The position numbers and the translations under genes were made by a program. A stretch of DNA of 64,000 bases from the NCBI RefSeq assembly GCF_964204865.1, contig NC_135259.1:20088001-20152000 (forward strand), given 5' to 3'. Shown here one piece after another: positions 22,843-37,029 of the stretch. Source of the stretch: Styela clava. Taxonomy: Eukaryota. The notes below the pieces were generated by a model. The model did not search any database. It saw only the letters and a list, made by a program, of their open reading frames with translations, and was not told where the DNA came from. Within the stretch, counting starts at the first letter, position 1, and each line of letters starts with the position of its first letter.

Positions 22843-25800
22843 CTATAAACAAATAATGTTTGAATAGAAAACAGAAAATGATAAATGAAACACTAATCCG
22901 AAATAATGTCTAATTAATAACAGCTATTCGCGATACCGTAAACATGTACCATCATCCATTCACAAACGAAACTTTAACTCGATTTATATATTTTTAACTT
23001 GAAAGATTAAAGAAGTTGAATTGTTACCGGTTGTCAATCAAGCTTATCCCAAGAAATCTGTGAAGTCATTCATTTTAAACTAATTAACAAATGTTACATC
23101 ATCTTCGGAAGAAAATACTAACGATCGCTTTTATGAGTTAAGCTTCAAAATAAAAGAGTGAAATTTGAATACGCAAAATGATGTCACAAAAATGTAACGT
23201 CATACAACTTTGTTTAGAAAAAAGGGAAAAATCATAAATTTTTCAATTTCCACCACATGGTTTCGTACCTGGCATTCATAGATTCTGTAGGAAATACCAG
23301 CAATTCGGTTGAAAACCACAAGCGGTCAAATAATTGGATCACATAATTATGACAATATTTTGAACGAATAGTGAAACGATCATGAACTATGATTCCGCTG
23401 CAATTAACACCGACAGTCCCCGAACTCGTAATAGAACTAGAATGAGAAAAATCGAAATTGAGTTATGGCCTAACTCTAACCTGGAACACACACTACCGAA
23501 TTAAAATGTATTCCTATTACAAGTACAATGCGAAACTAAACTTAATATTAAAATAGTGTGCTGTAATATTGGAGAAAAATCACGACTCGTCCAATAAATT
23601 TAAGCAAATTTATTCTCGCTTATTAACGCATTACAACACAATGTTTTGACAGGTATTCATGGATTAGCTATCGGACATTCAGCGGCATATAGATTGTTCA
23701 TGAGGTCTTGAAATGTTTTAAAATTGCAAGGCAATTTATCGATATATTGTTTTGGGCCTCACAGATGTATTAAATGAAGTAAAACTATCTAAACAATTAC
23801 TGATTAAAAAACATCAAACCTGGTTAAGATACAATGAGAACTGACTTCTTCACAAAATGGAAATTGTAAATAGATTTTATGGACTTCCTGTATTTCCCTA
23901 TTGAATTATATACCCTAGTTCCACAATTGATATATATACGCTAGTTTTCTAATTAAATTGGGCTAATAATACCAATAGCAATATGGTAAACATCACTATG
24001 ACGTGAAATAGTTATTATCTTAATTAAATACCTTCAAGGTGACTCGAAGGTCACACATAGCAGTGCCATTTTGGCGTAAACAGGAAAATATTGTTTGCAA
24101 ACAATTTAAAAAATGTAACATGCTGTCTGGTATGAGATACAATAGGTCAACGGGAATCGTAACAGTCACGCACGCTCTTCCAAGAACTTACATAACTATG
24201 TTGATATGTGGCAACGCCTTTTTTTTCACAAAGCAGTACATAGATTTAACCAAGATAAGGATTTGAAACACAGAAGCATCAAATAAGTCTGATTTCAGAC
24301 CTCACCGTTGCCAGTTTTGTATAAGTAGTGACGGAGGCGATGTGATATGTCGATTGTAAAACGTTGTACATGAAGGGTAAATCTTTATAAGCGAGATAGA
24401 CATGCTCAATCAAGTCCCAACCTTTAAATATTACTTTGCCATCATTCTGCAGTATTTAGAAATGGTTGGGAAATACCTTGAATTTTAAAAATGATTACAT
24501 TATAAGCCCCCATCTTAAAATAAGACCTAGTCGATGGCGCGAATTTTTTTAAAACAAGAACTTGTTGGACCTTCTGAAGTATGCGCACAACCTGAACATA
24601 GTATGTGTACCAGGTTAGGGTTCTTCAGGTTGTGCGTCATCTTGGTGCGCACTTCAGGAGCACCAACTTGTTATTTATAAGTAAATGAATATGGGTTTTC
24701 ATATTTTGTATAACTAAAAATCTTGTAATTTTCTACTTTGTTGTCAAAAACTCTAAGCTCTAGTGCTGTACTTTTTCATGGGTGCTGAAAAACAAAGCTG
24801 GTGCAAAAGATCTTTTAAGTCATACTTCAAAATTGAAAAAACGTCTTTGAGTGTTTAAAAATGTTCACAAAGGACTGAAAATAGCTTGAAAAGGTTCCTA
24901 ATAATATTGAAAAACTACCAAACTATTGTTGTTTTCTAAAAACGAAGCCTGTTGTTTATATTAGATCGTAAAATGTCGTCTGAAGGTTATTAGGTCTAGA
25001 AGTCATAGACGTGTTTTTGCGTTAGTCACGATACCTACCCGCATAACTGTACTAAAATAAGGCACCGCCTTATTCCTAAACTATTTTATTATTCATAATT
25101 GGCGTACAAGTGATTGTAAAGAAATGTAGAAAAGTGCGGATGTTATTGAATGACTCTTTTAAATGGCATGTGACCAATGTGGAAATCAAGTTTCGGTCGC
25201 CAATCGATATTAAAACAAAAATAAAAGATATAAAAAGGGGTGGTTTCGTGGTGTGTTTTATGATGCTATCTATTCAATGAAGCGTTTTCCACTTTAAGTG
25301 AGCTTTAAGAAACTCGTGATCTCGTTTTGAGCGTACTTGTATATATAGATGACGCTTTCAGTGCGTCAGTGCTTGCTTAAAACTGTCAATACTTTTTCTA
25401 CTTCCAGTTGAGGCTCGGCACCTCGATTTGAGCAAACCTGTATGGGAAAATCTAGTTATCTAAACAGCTCATTCACATGGACTTTCTTAGCAAATGTTCT
25501 ATCAATTGTTCCGATTTAATGATACGAATTTTGTCGGCTTAATCGATTTGCGAATTCAATATTTTACAATTTTTTATATTTTACAAAATAAAAATAAATG
25601 TTCCGCCGTATTCAAATTCATATCTGCCATTCAAACAGGCCACGAGATTTGGTAGAAATAGTGACGCAGGTATAAGGTAACAATAGGATTGGAAGTAAAC
25701 ATAGTAAAAGAATATTTCGACAAAAACAATGACACGCCTATCGCGAGAAAACCAGGTAAAGTTAACCTGTGACATTTTTTGAGAAAAACTCATTTTTCCA

Positions 25801-26399
25801 TCTATCATTATTGTGGCGCTCAGCTATTTTCATTTCCTGTTTGTGCAATAAAGGCTTCCGCATTCTGCGACCTTCAAATAACCTTGTATGTTAAATAAAT
25901 AATTCTGACTATACTCTGTTGTTTATGTGACTGTAGTTTAGAGCTTCGTTGTTTTGAAAATTGAGCGCTCCAGAGGTGTGTGTACAAATATGGAGATAAC
26001 TAATTTTTTCACCTGCTTCGCATCAAGTTGTGTAAAGGGACTGAAACCTATGTATTCACTTGGCTAACACAGACAGTCCCCGCACTCGTAATAGAACTAA
26101 AATAAGGAAAATCGGAATAAAATTATGGCCTAACCTCAACCTGGTACATATACTACACAAGTACAGAAAATTGAGATGAGATTCATTTAGCGTACAAACC
26201 GGAAGTACTACTAACATAGATGTACTTATTTATCCATTGCTAACAATGCTATTGGATTTTCCCTCTTTTTCCCGAAACTGAAAATTAAATCATACCTAAC
26301 TATCCTGTATCGCCCGAGGTAATAAAAACTTATAATTTTAATTTTGTTTTTATGTAAATTTGTTGAGTTAAATCGTTACTTATCTGTCATTATTTTCAC

Positions 26400-26840
26400 T
26401 CCATCCGTCCCTCACAGAGACACAAGTCCTGTCATTTCCATATTACTCAAGAACGTCGATGTTGAAACTTTTTATGATTGCTCAAATGTTAAATAAAACA
26501 ACTCTAACACTGAAACACACCTAGGCCAAATTCGTATAAGGAATTCGAGAATTTGGAGACGGATTTGTTCTTCAGATTAAAACAAACACAGCTAGATAAA
26601 ATTTGTGAAGGGAGTTCAGACATAAAGATTTTACAGTCCATTCCTTGCTTGTGATAACGTTAGAATGTGTTGGATTGAATAAAGAGTCATTCTCCCGCTT
26701 TTGTACAGTTCAAATAGATTATAATGTGTTCATGAATAAGTATTGTAGTAATAATAAACAACTAAAGAGTATTAGTAATACTGTAGCAAATATGAAGCCA
26801 AATAAAAATTTCTCCCTAAGAACGACAAAAATTTTTTCCC
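26400..26840 (-). pseudogene. Type II membrane protein relic, possibly GT31 (beta-1,3-glycosyltransferase)-like
   Basis: TM segment FLFGFIFATVLLILFSCLLLL, a stem, then CLNSLHKFYLAVFVL...IRIW...VRVVLF...E*YG across stops and frameshifts; second TM copy at 30290-30390. Confidence 0.28.
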
Positions 26841-29800
26841 TCGGGGGAATTCCCCTGCGGTTATGAGACTTTGCTTCAAAATTGTTTGCGTTAGTTTTGG
26901 TTTTGATTATATGAAGATTCAGTAAACAATAGATGGAACTAATCGTGACTGCTAACCGAATTTTCATTCTTAACATATCAGTGTCAGTTTAGTTTTCAAA
27001 ATGCTCTGCTTCGTATGAAATAACAAATTCACCGTATTTCATCAGAATTTTTGACTGCATTCTTGAAAATACGGTTGACTGGGATTTGAAGAACGAAACT
27101 AATCTCTCGTCATGTTAAAGTTCCAAACTAAGTTCTCGTAAAGTACCGATTTACACAGCGTGTTTGACAGTACGCCTTCCTTTCCCTCAGTACACGAATC
27201 CTCGATTTGGTAATGAGTTCCCATTTTCAAAGTAAATCAAATATTTGTGTCATATCGAAAATAGAATTTTGAAAGAAAATTTTGAGATTTTTCACTCAGA
27301 ACGAAGCCACACACAAGGAGCAACGGGAATGCATGGTGTCGTCATGTGTTGTCCGTGTTAGTGTTTTTATATATATGTATGAGTTCCAGAATAAATCTGT
27401 TTTGACACAGTGATTTCCTTGCACCCCAATAAGGGATTTACCACTAATCCTAAAAGAAATTTACCCCCCTCCTCCCTACTTTTGAGGTGTAATAACAGGC
27501 AGTGCTCGACACAATGCTTTCACACTTGCTTGTAGTTTCTTCCTACTTTTTGAACAAATGAGGTGTAACACCACACTTTAAATTCCTAACTTGAATATAT
27601 TTGCATTCGGATACCCAGAAAGTTGCGTTCATACCATTGCAGATGGTCAGTGAAACACATAACAATGCTTGAAAAATGCTTGTCTGAAGAAGTCTGATCT
27701 CAGTCAGACTCTTGAATCAAATACTATAGTCGTCTTAATGCTTGCCACAGCATCCTTGTGTTGCGCGTATACGGATCCAATTCCACCAAAGCATAAAGGA
27801 AAGGGGTCTTGCGTATCCCCAACTGATATTTACATTTTATAAGTTACTGATAATTTTATCGCTAGTGATGAAATATTTACCACCCCCTAAATTTGGACCC
27901 CATCCCCCCAAAAAAGTGAAAAGCTGTAGAACATACTGTTTCGGTACATACACTCACTCAGGGTGAAACTGGTGATGAACGATGAAAATGTAGTAAATAT
28001 TTATATGTATAATACACCGATTTGAATTTTTGAATCTTGCCAATCAAGTGCGCTTTTTATCCCGCAAACTCGGTTGATATTTCCGATCTTTATCGCCATT
28101 TTCGATTTTTATTCTAGTTAGAAAAGACGTTAAAAATATTTGTTGTTATAATATAGTTCCCCAGAATGTTGCATTCTACTCTGAAATAGAGTTTAAATTG
28201 ACAACAATTAGTTCAAATGATATAGAATGGAGTAGGAGAGTGAATTGTATGAAAAACATTTCGTCATGAAATGTAACGTCATGCACAAAGTATGACGTCA
28301 TGAAATAGGCCTTCAAATACACGGTACATGGCAAACAAGGGTATGTCGCGACAAAATAAATGATTGGGCACCTTGTTTTACTTGATTGATGTAATGAATG
28401 ACGTCATGAAAAGATTACATCATAATGTCGTATCAGGGTACTGAGCATCGTAACACGTCACTATATATGCGACTATACATTATTTATTATAAAATGGAAA
28501 CAGTTTTCAAAACAATAACTTAACGCAGTGTTTCCCAAGCGATGGGGCGCGTCCATAAGGGGGGCGTAGAAAACTTTTTGAGGGGGTGTGAAGCTAATAA
28601 AATAAAAATATTTGTTAGATTTGATTCTGTCCGCCTTATTTTGAATAATTATACTATTAGTTTTACTATTCGTTATTTGTAGCTTATTGTTAGCTAGATA
28701 TTTTTGAGGTTTAAAAAGTTTGAGAACCACTGAGTCCTAACGAGACGGAATCGTGATATAATTTTTATGCGACGTTTTTCAGTCATTTAAAAAAATGCAA
28801 TCCTCCCGTTTAGAATTGGTTGATTGGCATTTATCTACATTTCCAACATAGTTAAATTCTTTTCTTTGCGTGAGAACGATTCCATAATTAACGCAAGCCA
28901 TTGATCAGGCGAAAGGCCATATCTCAGTTGAATCTGTCATTTAGTAATTATCGTAACATACTTTGTTATTATGATAAACATCCATTAAATATTTGACATT
29001 TAACGCATCGACGATAGTTAAATTAATTGCAGCAGGTAATTGATGATTGCAGCAGTTTGAGAAATAAAAATCGTCTAAACGTGAAGCTGCCAATAAATCA
29101 AGAGAAAAGATTCATCTGGGTACCTTTACCCACAGCATGACCCTAGCCCAAGGGTGGTTTTTTAACCAAGCCATTGAGCCAAGGTTTTTATATCCAGGGG
29201 GCAAAATTTTTGATCCTCCAGTCTGGCGGGTCATGTGAGTGTTACGTAAAAAGTTACATTTTTTATGAACAATATTTACAGTATTACAAAGCAAAGGGGG
29301 AGAACAATATGCCTCGTGCGAAAACTAAATTTAACCGCAATTTCAACAAATTCCTTGAGTTATTTTAGCTGAAACATCAAAATTTGATTTCAGTTTGGTT
29401 GTAGCAGCATCAGGCGGGCCAGATTGAATTACCCAACGGGCCGGAATTGGCCCGCGGGCCTTACTTTGCCAATGTCTGTCCTAGCCTCACCCTTATTTCT
29501 GAGAAATAGAAATCAAATAAACGTAAAGCTGTTTATAAATCAAGAGAAAAGATTCATCGGGTGCCAGTTAGCTTGCCACCTTTACCCACAGCATGACTCC
29601 AGCCCCACCCTTATTTCTGAGAAATAAAAATCGACTAAACGTAAAGTTGTTTATAAATCAATAACTAATCGTGACATTTGACAATATTACGAAACTAATC
29701 TCTCGCTGTGCTTAATCCGGTGCTCACGAAGTATTCGTACCAAGATGGTGCACAGCCTGAACATAGAATGTGTACCAGGTCAGGGTTGTTCAGGCTGTGC

Positions 29801-30731
29801 GTCATCTTGATACGAATACTTCCGGATCGCCCTTAATCCATCGGTCAAAAGGTATCCCGCAATGGCAATATAATTTGCAAGTCCAGCGAAGGGAGGTTTT
29901 GGGAACCCGAGTAGAATGTATTTCAGGTCTACTTATAAAAACGTCAATATCATTTTGAACAAATGCCAGTTCGAGCTCTTCAATAAATTCATTTTATACG
30001 TCGGTAAACAGAGATCCACATATTTGCAAATCGCTAGGGCGTTGGCTATAACGAAATACCAACATTAAGAACTAATCATGACACTCGACAACGTTTACGT
30101 AACAATTTCATTGCTTTTTATGAGAAATGAAAATCGTGAAGCTGTTTATGAATCAAGAACTAATAAGGACACTTGACAGCATTTACGTAACAAAATCATT
30201 GTTTTACATCAGAATTTTCATTATAATCGACCCATACAAAGTCCGTTCTTTGCTTGTGATAACATTAGTGGTTAACATTATCGGGTTGAATACCAAGTAG
30301 TAATAATAAACAACTAAAGAATATTAGTAAAACATAAGCAGATACAAAGCTAAAGCAAAATCTTTCCCTAACAACGACAAAATTTGAGAAAAAGTTGCTC
30401 TAAGTTGACAATAGATAGAACTAATCATGACATTTGACAATTTTTACGTACCAAATCCATTGTTGAAACATAACTAATCTTTCGCTATGCTAAAATTCTA
30501 CTACCGTTCAACTACCGTTTTACATAGCGCGTTTGACTGTACGCTTCGCTGGGGTGCCGGTGAGCTTGTTCCCTTACCCACAGCCCATTCGACGATGCTC
30601 GACATTTATCCGAGATTTTTCAGCGTTAACACTCATGATGACGTTTTAACTCGTTATAACATTTAACTCGTTATATGTCTATGTACAGGATTAAAAGGGG
30701 AATACAGTTCATTTTATTGACTTGTGTATGC

Positions 30732-31095
30732 CAGGGGTGTGCAACCTTTAATACAAGAGAGCCATATACTAATAACTGGGTGAAACCGCGCACCGCACCC
30801 TCATTTAACATAGGCTTTTTAGTAGTCGCAGACACAGAAATTTTGATTAGTGATCTTATGACATGCGTTGTTCGCTTCGCACAAGCTAGCTGTTCGGACA
30901 TTGTAACGTCATACGCATAGATAATAAATTGGAATCAGGTATAACTTTTGCAACGCCAAGGGATTGGAATTACCCGAATGGATCAGATTAAACTAAATTG
31001 AAAACTCTCCGCGAGCCGCACAGTGCACATCATTGAAAATTGGTACTTCTCCGCGGGCCGCATTTAACCCGCGGGCCACAGGTTGCACCCCCTTG
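30732..31095. mobile_element. hAT MITE (CAGGGGTGTGC family)
   Basis: TIR plus perfect 8-bp TSD GTGTATGC. Confidence 0.9.
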
Positions 31096-34000
31096 GTGTA
31101 TGCAATTTCAATATTTTTTTTGGGCGCCGTGGATAAGTGTTTGGCAGGTTGATCCAGCCTTGCTGGCATCGCAAAGTGAAGATCACGGGCTCAAATCTCA
31201 TGACCCTACTTCACCCAAGGATTCATGAAGCTCAATAGGTAATCAACTGGTAATTAATTACCTTTAACTGAGTTTAAATATTAGACTGAAAGTTTAACAA
31301 AATACAAAACAAACAAAATAGCAGAAAGGCCCTTTCGGTGTAACTAAAGTTTTAGTCTTTCAATGGGATGTTTCAAATCGTCGCTCCAAGCCAAATTCGA
31401 CTATGGCCACTTTTCGGCCACGGGAACATATTTAGGTGGCCAAAAGACTACTAACGATGGCTAGAGTTGTTGATAAATTCAGTTAATTTTGATTGGTTGT
31501 AGTAATGAACGATGCTGATTTTTGTTACAAAGTGGTAATTTTCAAGTGTGTATTTTGGCAGAAAGAATTCTTTGTTTTTCTTGTAGTTTTTACCAAGCAT
31601 GAAAAAGTTGATAGACCACAAAATTTTGTGTAACGAATGAGAAAAAGGTTGAGAACCACTGTACTAGACAATCATACGCAAGGAGTAACTATTATTGTGA
31701 CGCGTCTTCTGTCATAGCGGTACGGACCTGTACGTTGTCACGAAATAATATTGCGCTAGAGGTTTTATGACATCATATTTTGTAACGATTTCACAAACTT
31801 GTAATTTTATTATAACACCGCCGCATAACTTATCAATCAGTAATATTCTATATATAATTATATAGGTTTTTGACTAATATGTATTCTCTAGTATTGTCTG
31901 GCAGCGATGAGTTTCTATTCTCATTTCGACTTTATTTTAAAAGTACCCGATCCAATACATGACCTTGTCATGCTGTTATCGGTTTCGACGCATCGTCGTA
32001 TTTTTCACGCTTTCGGCTTTGTACAAGAAATTATGGATACGTGAGGAAAATTCATTATTAAAAAGACTGCTAGCTTTTCGGCCCGTTAGGGAAATGGGAA
32101 ATGCCTAGCCTTATAACATGACGATCCACCTGAAAAGATTCAAAAGGACAGTAAGTGTTTGGGGGTTCGACCTAATCTTTATGGGCTTACAGAAGTGGCA
32201 TCTAAATGAGGGTCTATTGATTGCAGAGAAAATCGATTTTTCTACAATAACAACAACACCTAGCAAAACGATTTATAGGTCCGCTTTATGTGCCGAAAAC
32301 CTGTGATAAATTGTTTGGTTATGATCGTACTAAAATCTTCAGTCTACAACGCCGTCTTCTCAGTTGAGGGAGTACGCATTTGTATTTTCGATATGTACTG
32401 GCTCCTTGTTTGCTTCAAACAATACGTTGATATTTAGTTATAGACTAAACTAGACTATAGAATTGCTAGTTGTGGTGGTCGGGCTTGTTTTCAGTATTTG
32501 GCACACTTCGTTTTTTTTTTTATCTCTAAATCGGTTTGATCCGTTTTACAGGCGTTTCCACATCAAATTCTTTTTTTTGCGTGTCTGTGTCCTATATGAC
32601 ATATATTCACCAGCAACTAACAATATTAAAAGATAACGATTTTATCGTTACCCCCATATTTCAATTATTCGGTCATGCCGTCTATTTTAAATTACACCAA
32701 TGCAACTGCACTTGCACACACACACAAACGTTTTCTCCCTCCATTAACGTTTTGGGGATTATCAAAAAGCTCGTTGAGATAGTTAAATCGACAGAAATTC
32801 CTAAAAAATGCGTCAAATCATAGACTTTACGTCACAATATGAAATCTGACGTCAGGCGGTTATAATTTGAAATTGAAATTCACAGAAAGCCACATCATAC
32901 GTAGATCGTCATAATACAAATGTGACTAACACTCACTAGGGCGCACAATAACACGTACAAAACACTTTTATTCTTCACATATATTCGTGCATAGCTCTAT
33001 TTTTTAAACATAACACAAACCAGGATTATACATACATCTAGTGCTCTATGAAACGAAACTAGGCGCGTGCCTACAGTACAATTTATTCACGTATGCATCG
33101 TTGTTCAAAATTATTGTTCTTTCAGTTGAAGTTCGATTTGTATTGTGTGAAAATCTCTTTTTTCGACAACTTCCATAGACATCGATTTCAAAGTGTCATC
33201 ACTTATGGATGAAAGAAGTCGAAGTTATATGTCATATCCAATAGATCCCGTTTTTTTACTTCAATTTTAGTTTATATCTTGCGTATATTGTGCCAGGGGC
33301 GTACCAAAGTGGGCGGGTCGGACCCCTTCCCCTTCTGAAATGTAAAAGAAAGCATTTGTAATTTTTCGTAGCTTGAGACGTTTTTCAGGCTCTCAAGACT
33401 CTTTAAACTCTACGTTTTCCCGACTCCGGCCGAACCGGCTAACTGTTACGGTCTAACTTGGTGATTGGAAATTTCAGAACCCTTTTACTTTGATTTGAAA
33501 ATTCTTGATCTCTGTATTGCGCTACCACATGTCCTTCCGTGACGCTTCTTAACCGATACTCGGTCAAGACCTTACCGGTACCGATGCGCGTTTTTCGTGT
33601 CTACATATTTTGGCATTGCTACTTCTTTAAACATAACCGCAAATAATGATTACATACCTCCAGTGCTGTACAACGGAAATTAGGCGCGTGTCTCCTGTAC
33701 AATTCTGCTATTTAAAGACAAGGCGATATTTAGTGAAATCCCGCGCGAACAAAGCCATGTTGTTATTTTTAAGTTAGCACATTCCTTTGATCAGGCGACT
33801 CAAGTAATTGACTTGCTTTTGAAAGACTGTGGGAAGGTTTTACGACGTTTAGTTAAGCTGGCATTGATTAGTTACACTGAAATATATTTTCTGATCACCC
33901 GGACTGTGTTCGCTCGTTATTATATATTATTTCTCAGTTTAGTTTTTTGTTATTATCAACTTCCCTCTCGTTCACGACAAATTTACAAATCCATATCTTT

Positions 34001-35889
34001 TGAAATACCATGCCATCGTCTGCCTATTTTAAGAGAGAGATGCTTAAATATATGGACACGAAATCCAAAACAAATTTCGCGTAGCGTCGAGACAACAAAT
34101 CGAAAACAGTCGTTACGCTTGGCGGAATAAAAACCGTGTTCCTATGAAAAATACTAATAGAGCGAAATTTTGGAAGAAAAATCAGTTCTCATAGGATTTA
34201 AATGAAACTTGATACTAAACAAAAAATAACTTCTAGCGAAAAATACAATCTTCAACCACTGAAAATTTCAAAGCAAATGGTCCAGTAGTGAATTAGAAAA
34301 TCGATTTTTCCATTAGGTGACAACAACAAGAAGAAGAACAACATAACAACAAAACAATCCATAGGTCCATTTCGTGCTCAATAATTTAGCTCCCGCCTGT
34401 GATGTGGCAACATAAGTAATTAACTTGCTTTTAATAAAGCGTGGGGATGTATTGGAACATTTAGACAAATCAGTATTTATTCTTAATTGAAAAGGTTACA
34501 TTTAATTGCTAAATAAATGGCGTTGTTTTGATTAGGATAATATACAATTTTCTATATTTAGCACGAAGAGAGAAAGTCAGAAGATGTATAGTGTGTCGAT
34601 AAAGTTTTAAAATGTTTTAATTAAATTTGCAAAGGTAATTTATCGATACTATACATTATTTGAACCAGGGGTCAAAATTTTTGCCCAGCTAGACTAGCGG
34701 GCCATGTAAGTGTAAAAAGTTACATTTTATGAACAATATTTACAATTTTACAAAAGCAAAAATGAAAAACTATAAGCCTCCCAAAACTAAATTTGAATCA
34801 CAACCTCCACAATTTCTTTGGGCGTAACAAATTCTTTCGTACTTTGGCTGCATCTGGAGGGCCAGATTAAATGACCTAGCGGGCTGGATTTGGCCCGCGG
34901 GACGTAGTTTGTCCATGTCTGGTATAGGCGTTCACCGTAGCAGTTCAGTGTTCAGCGAAAGTTTTAGTAACCTAGGACGCTTTGCACAAAAGTGATGTTC
35001 TATCTAGAAAAGTCGTGTCCAACCATTTGTATCTCGTGGTCCCCTTACAGAGGCTTTTAACTCCCATGCCTTCGCCCCCCCTGTTTATTATTCCAGTGGT
35101 ATTCATAGTGTTACTTTGATTGGTAGGTTCCAAATTCCATTATAGTCAAACAATTACCAACAAAGGTACACCCTGTGAAATCACTTTTTCAAGCAATGAA
35201 ACTAAAAAGACCAGGGAGTTTTCTAGTAAAAGGCCTCCCCCCAACTGCTCCGTTGCCTCCTTGGTGGGCCATGGGTCCCCGTTTGAGAATCGCTGATCTA
35301 GAATATGTTCCAAATGACATGCGTTCTGTGTTTCAGGTCACTCTGTGTATTATCACACTAATTTATGCCGGGGATGTATGACTATTGCAAGTTGTTTTAA
35401 AATACTGTGGCTCCGTGTGTGTTTAATTTATGGCCACGAGTTTGAAATTTCCGAAGTTATATTTGAATAGTTATTCGTAAGTCTAGCACGAAAAAGCAAG
35501 TATAATTGTGAGCTTTCGTTAGCTCATAGTCTATGATATGGCTGCAAATAATAAAGGTCAATAGTCAGTTAAAACTGGCATCTGACACATACGGATCCTT
35601 AGTAGAAAGTAAACAAGGAGAAATGACTTGTAGTTCAGTAAACAATACCCTGGTACACTCCATATTGGCATATTTGAATGAGAGTTATTCGGAAGTCAAG
35701 CACGAATTAATATTTTGAAATGTTATTTATATTTTAAATATTAAACGATGGAATTCCGGTAACCGGTGATTAATAACATCCATTATCAGCATTTATGGAT
35801 GTTATTAAAGATATAACTCACGTCAAAGGTATAAGGGCATGAACATTGGAAGTGCGTCATTCCAAAAGCACAACCGGTATCCATTTGAA

Positions 35890-36490
35890 GAACACGATAG
35901 TATAATATAATGGATCGATCTTGTCTTAGATTTGATACCACGCCTTTATAATTTGCTTAACTTTACATAAATATATGGGCGCTCCAGACCAACTAATTAC
36001 CAACCAGTTACATCAATACGGAGGTAACTAATTTTGTTTGCCTACTTTACATCAAGTTGTATGAAGGGACTTAAACCTATGTGCAGGGGGTATATTCACT
36101 TGGCTAACACAGACAGTTTCCGAACTCGTAATCGAGTTTATATGAGGATGATCGGAATAAAAATATGGCCTAACCCCAACCTGGTACACACACTACGGGA
36201 GTACCAATATATGTTGATGTTGATGAAATTTTCGGTGTTGGCAAAATTATTGAAACAAAAACACGATAGTGTGATATAATCGATAAATCTTGTTTTAGAT
36301 TCGATATCACGCCAAGTGATTTGCTTTACTTTTCATGAATAAATATTGATGTTGGTGAAATTTTCGCTGTTGGCAAAATTATCGAATCAAAAATCAGGAT
36401 AGTGGTATATAATCGATCGATCGATCTTGTTTTCGATTCGCACGCCTTGATGATTTGCTTTACTTTACGTAAATATATGCTAATGTTGAC
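35890..36490. repeat. About 130-bp tandem repeat, 3 copies, first copy interrupted by a MITE
   Basis: GATAGT...ATATAAT.GAT...TCTTGT.TT.GATT at ~35895, ~36265 and ~36398. Confidence 0.8.
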
Positions 36491-37029
36491 AAAATATTTT
36501 CGAATAAAAGAAATTCAAACGTCGGGAAGTTACATCATTTGCTAACCCCGCTTTTGCTCTATGATAGCTATAGATAGTGAAGCTCATTAAAAATAAAACT
36601 ATATGTTAGATTTGATCTTGCCCGCTTTATTTGACAAATTTAAAATTTTTTTTAAAATACATACTTTCGCCTTACTATATGTTATTCGTAGCTTATTGTA
36701 GCTAGGTTTATTTTTTGAGGGGGGACGCGAGACTTGACAAATAGCGTAACTTGACAGGAAGCGCGGCTCAAAAAGTGTGAGAACCGCTGACTTAGAGAGT
36801 CTATATATCGTTAACAAGAAAAAGTCGTTTTGTGCTTGTATAATGTAATCAAGATAACCGGAAAAAATATCTGATATCAAATCTTTAACATTCATTGACA
36901 TTTCTCAATATTATTAAACATATAACAACTCGTACCGACGATAAGAAAATGCGTCATTTGAAACGTATTTCATGGAATTAAAACGTGTAGGAAATGTTTA
37001 ACATTTCGTTTAGGAAATACAAACAAATA

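Larger units (their letters stand above)
19468..25950 (-). repeat. Segmental duplication copy C (inverted, right arm)
   Basis: Reverse-complement matches: 21540-21880 to 16050-16615; 22710-23375 to 10700-11600; 23560-24330 to 9720-10245; 24840-25240 to 8790-9150; 25830-25950 to 7040-7160. Confidence 0.88.
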
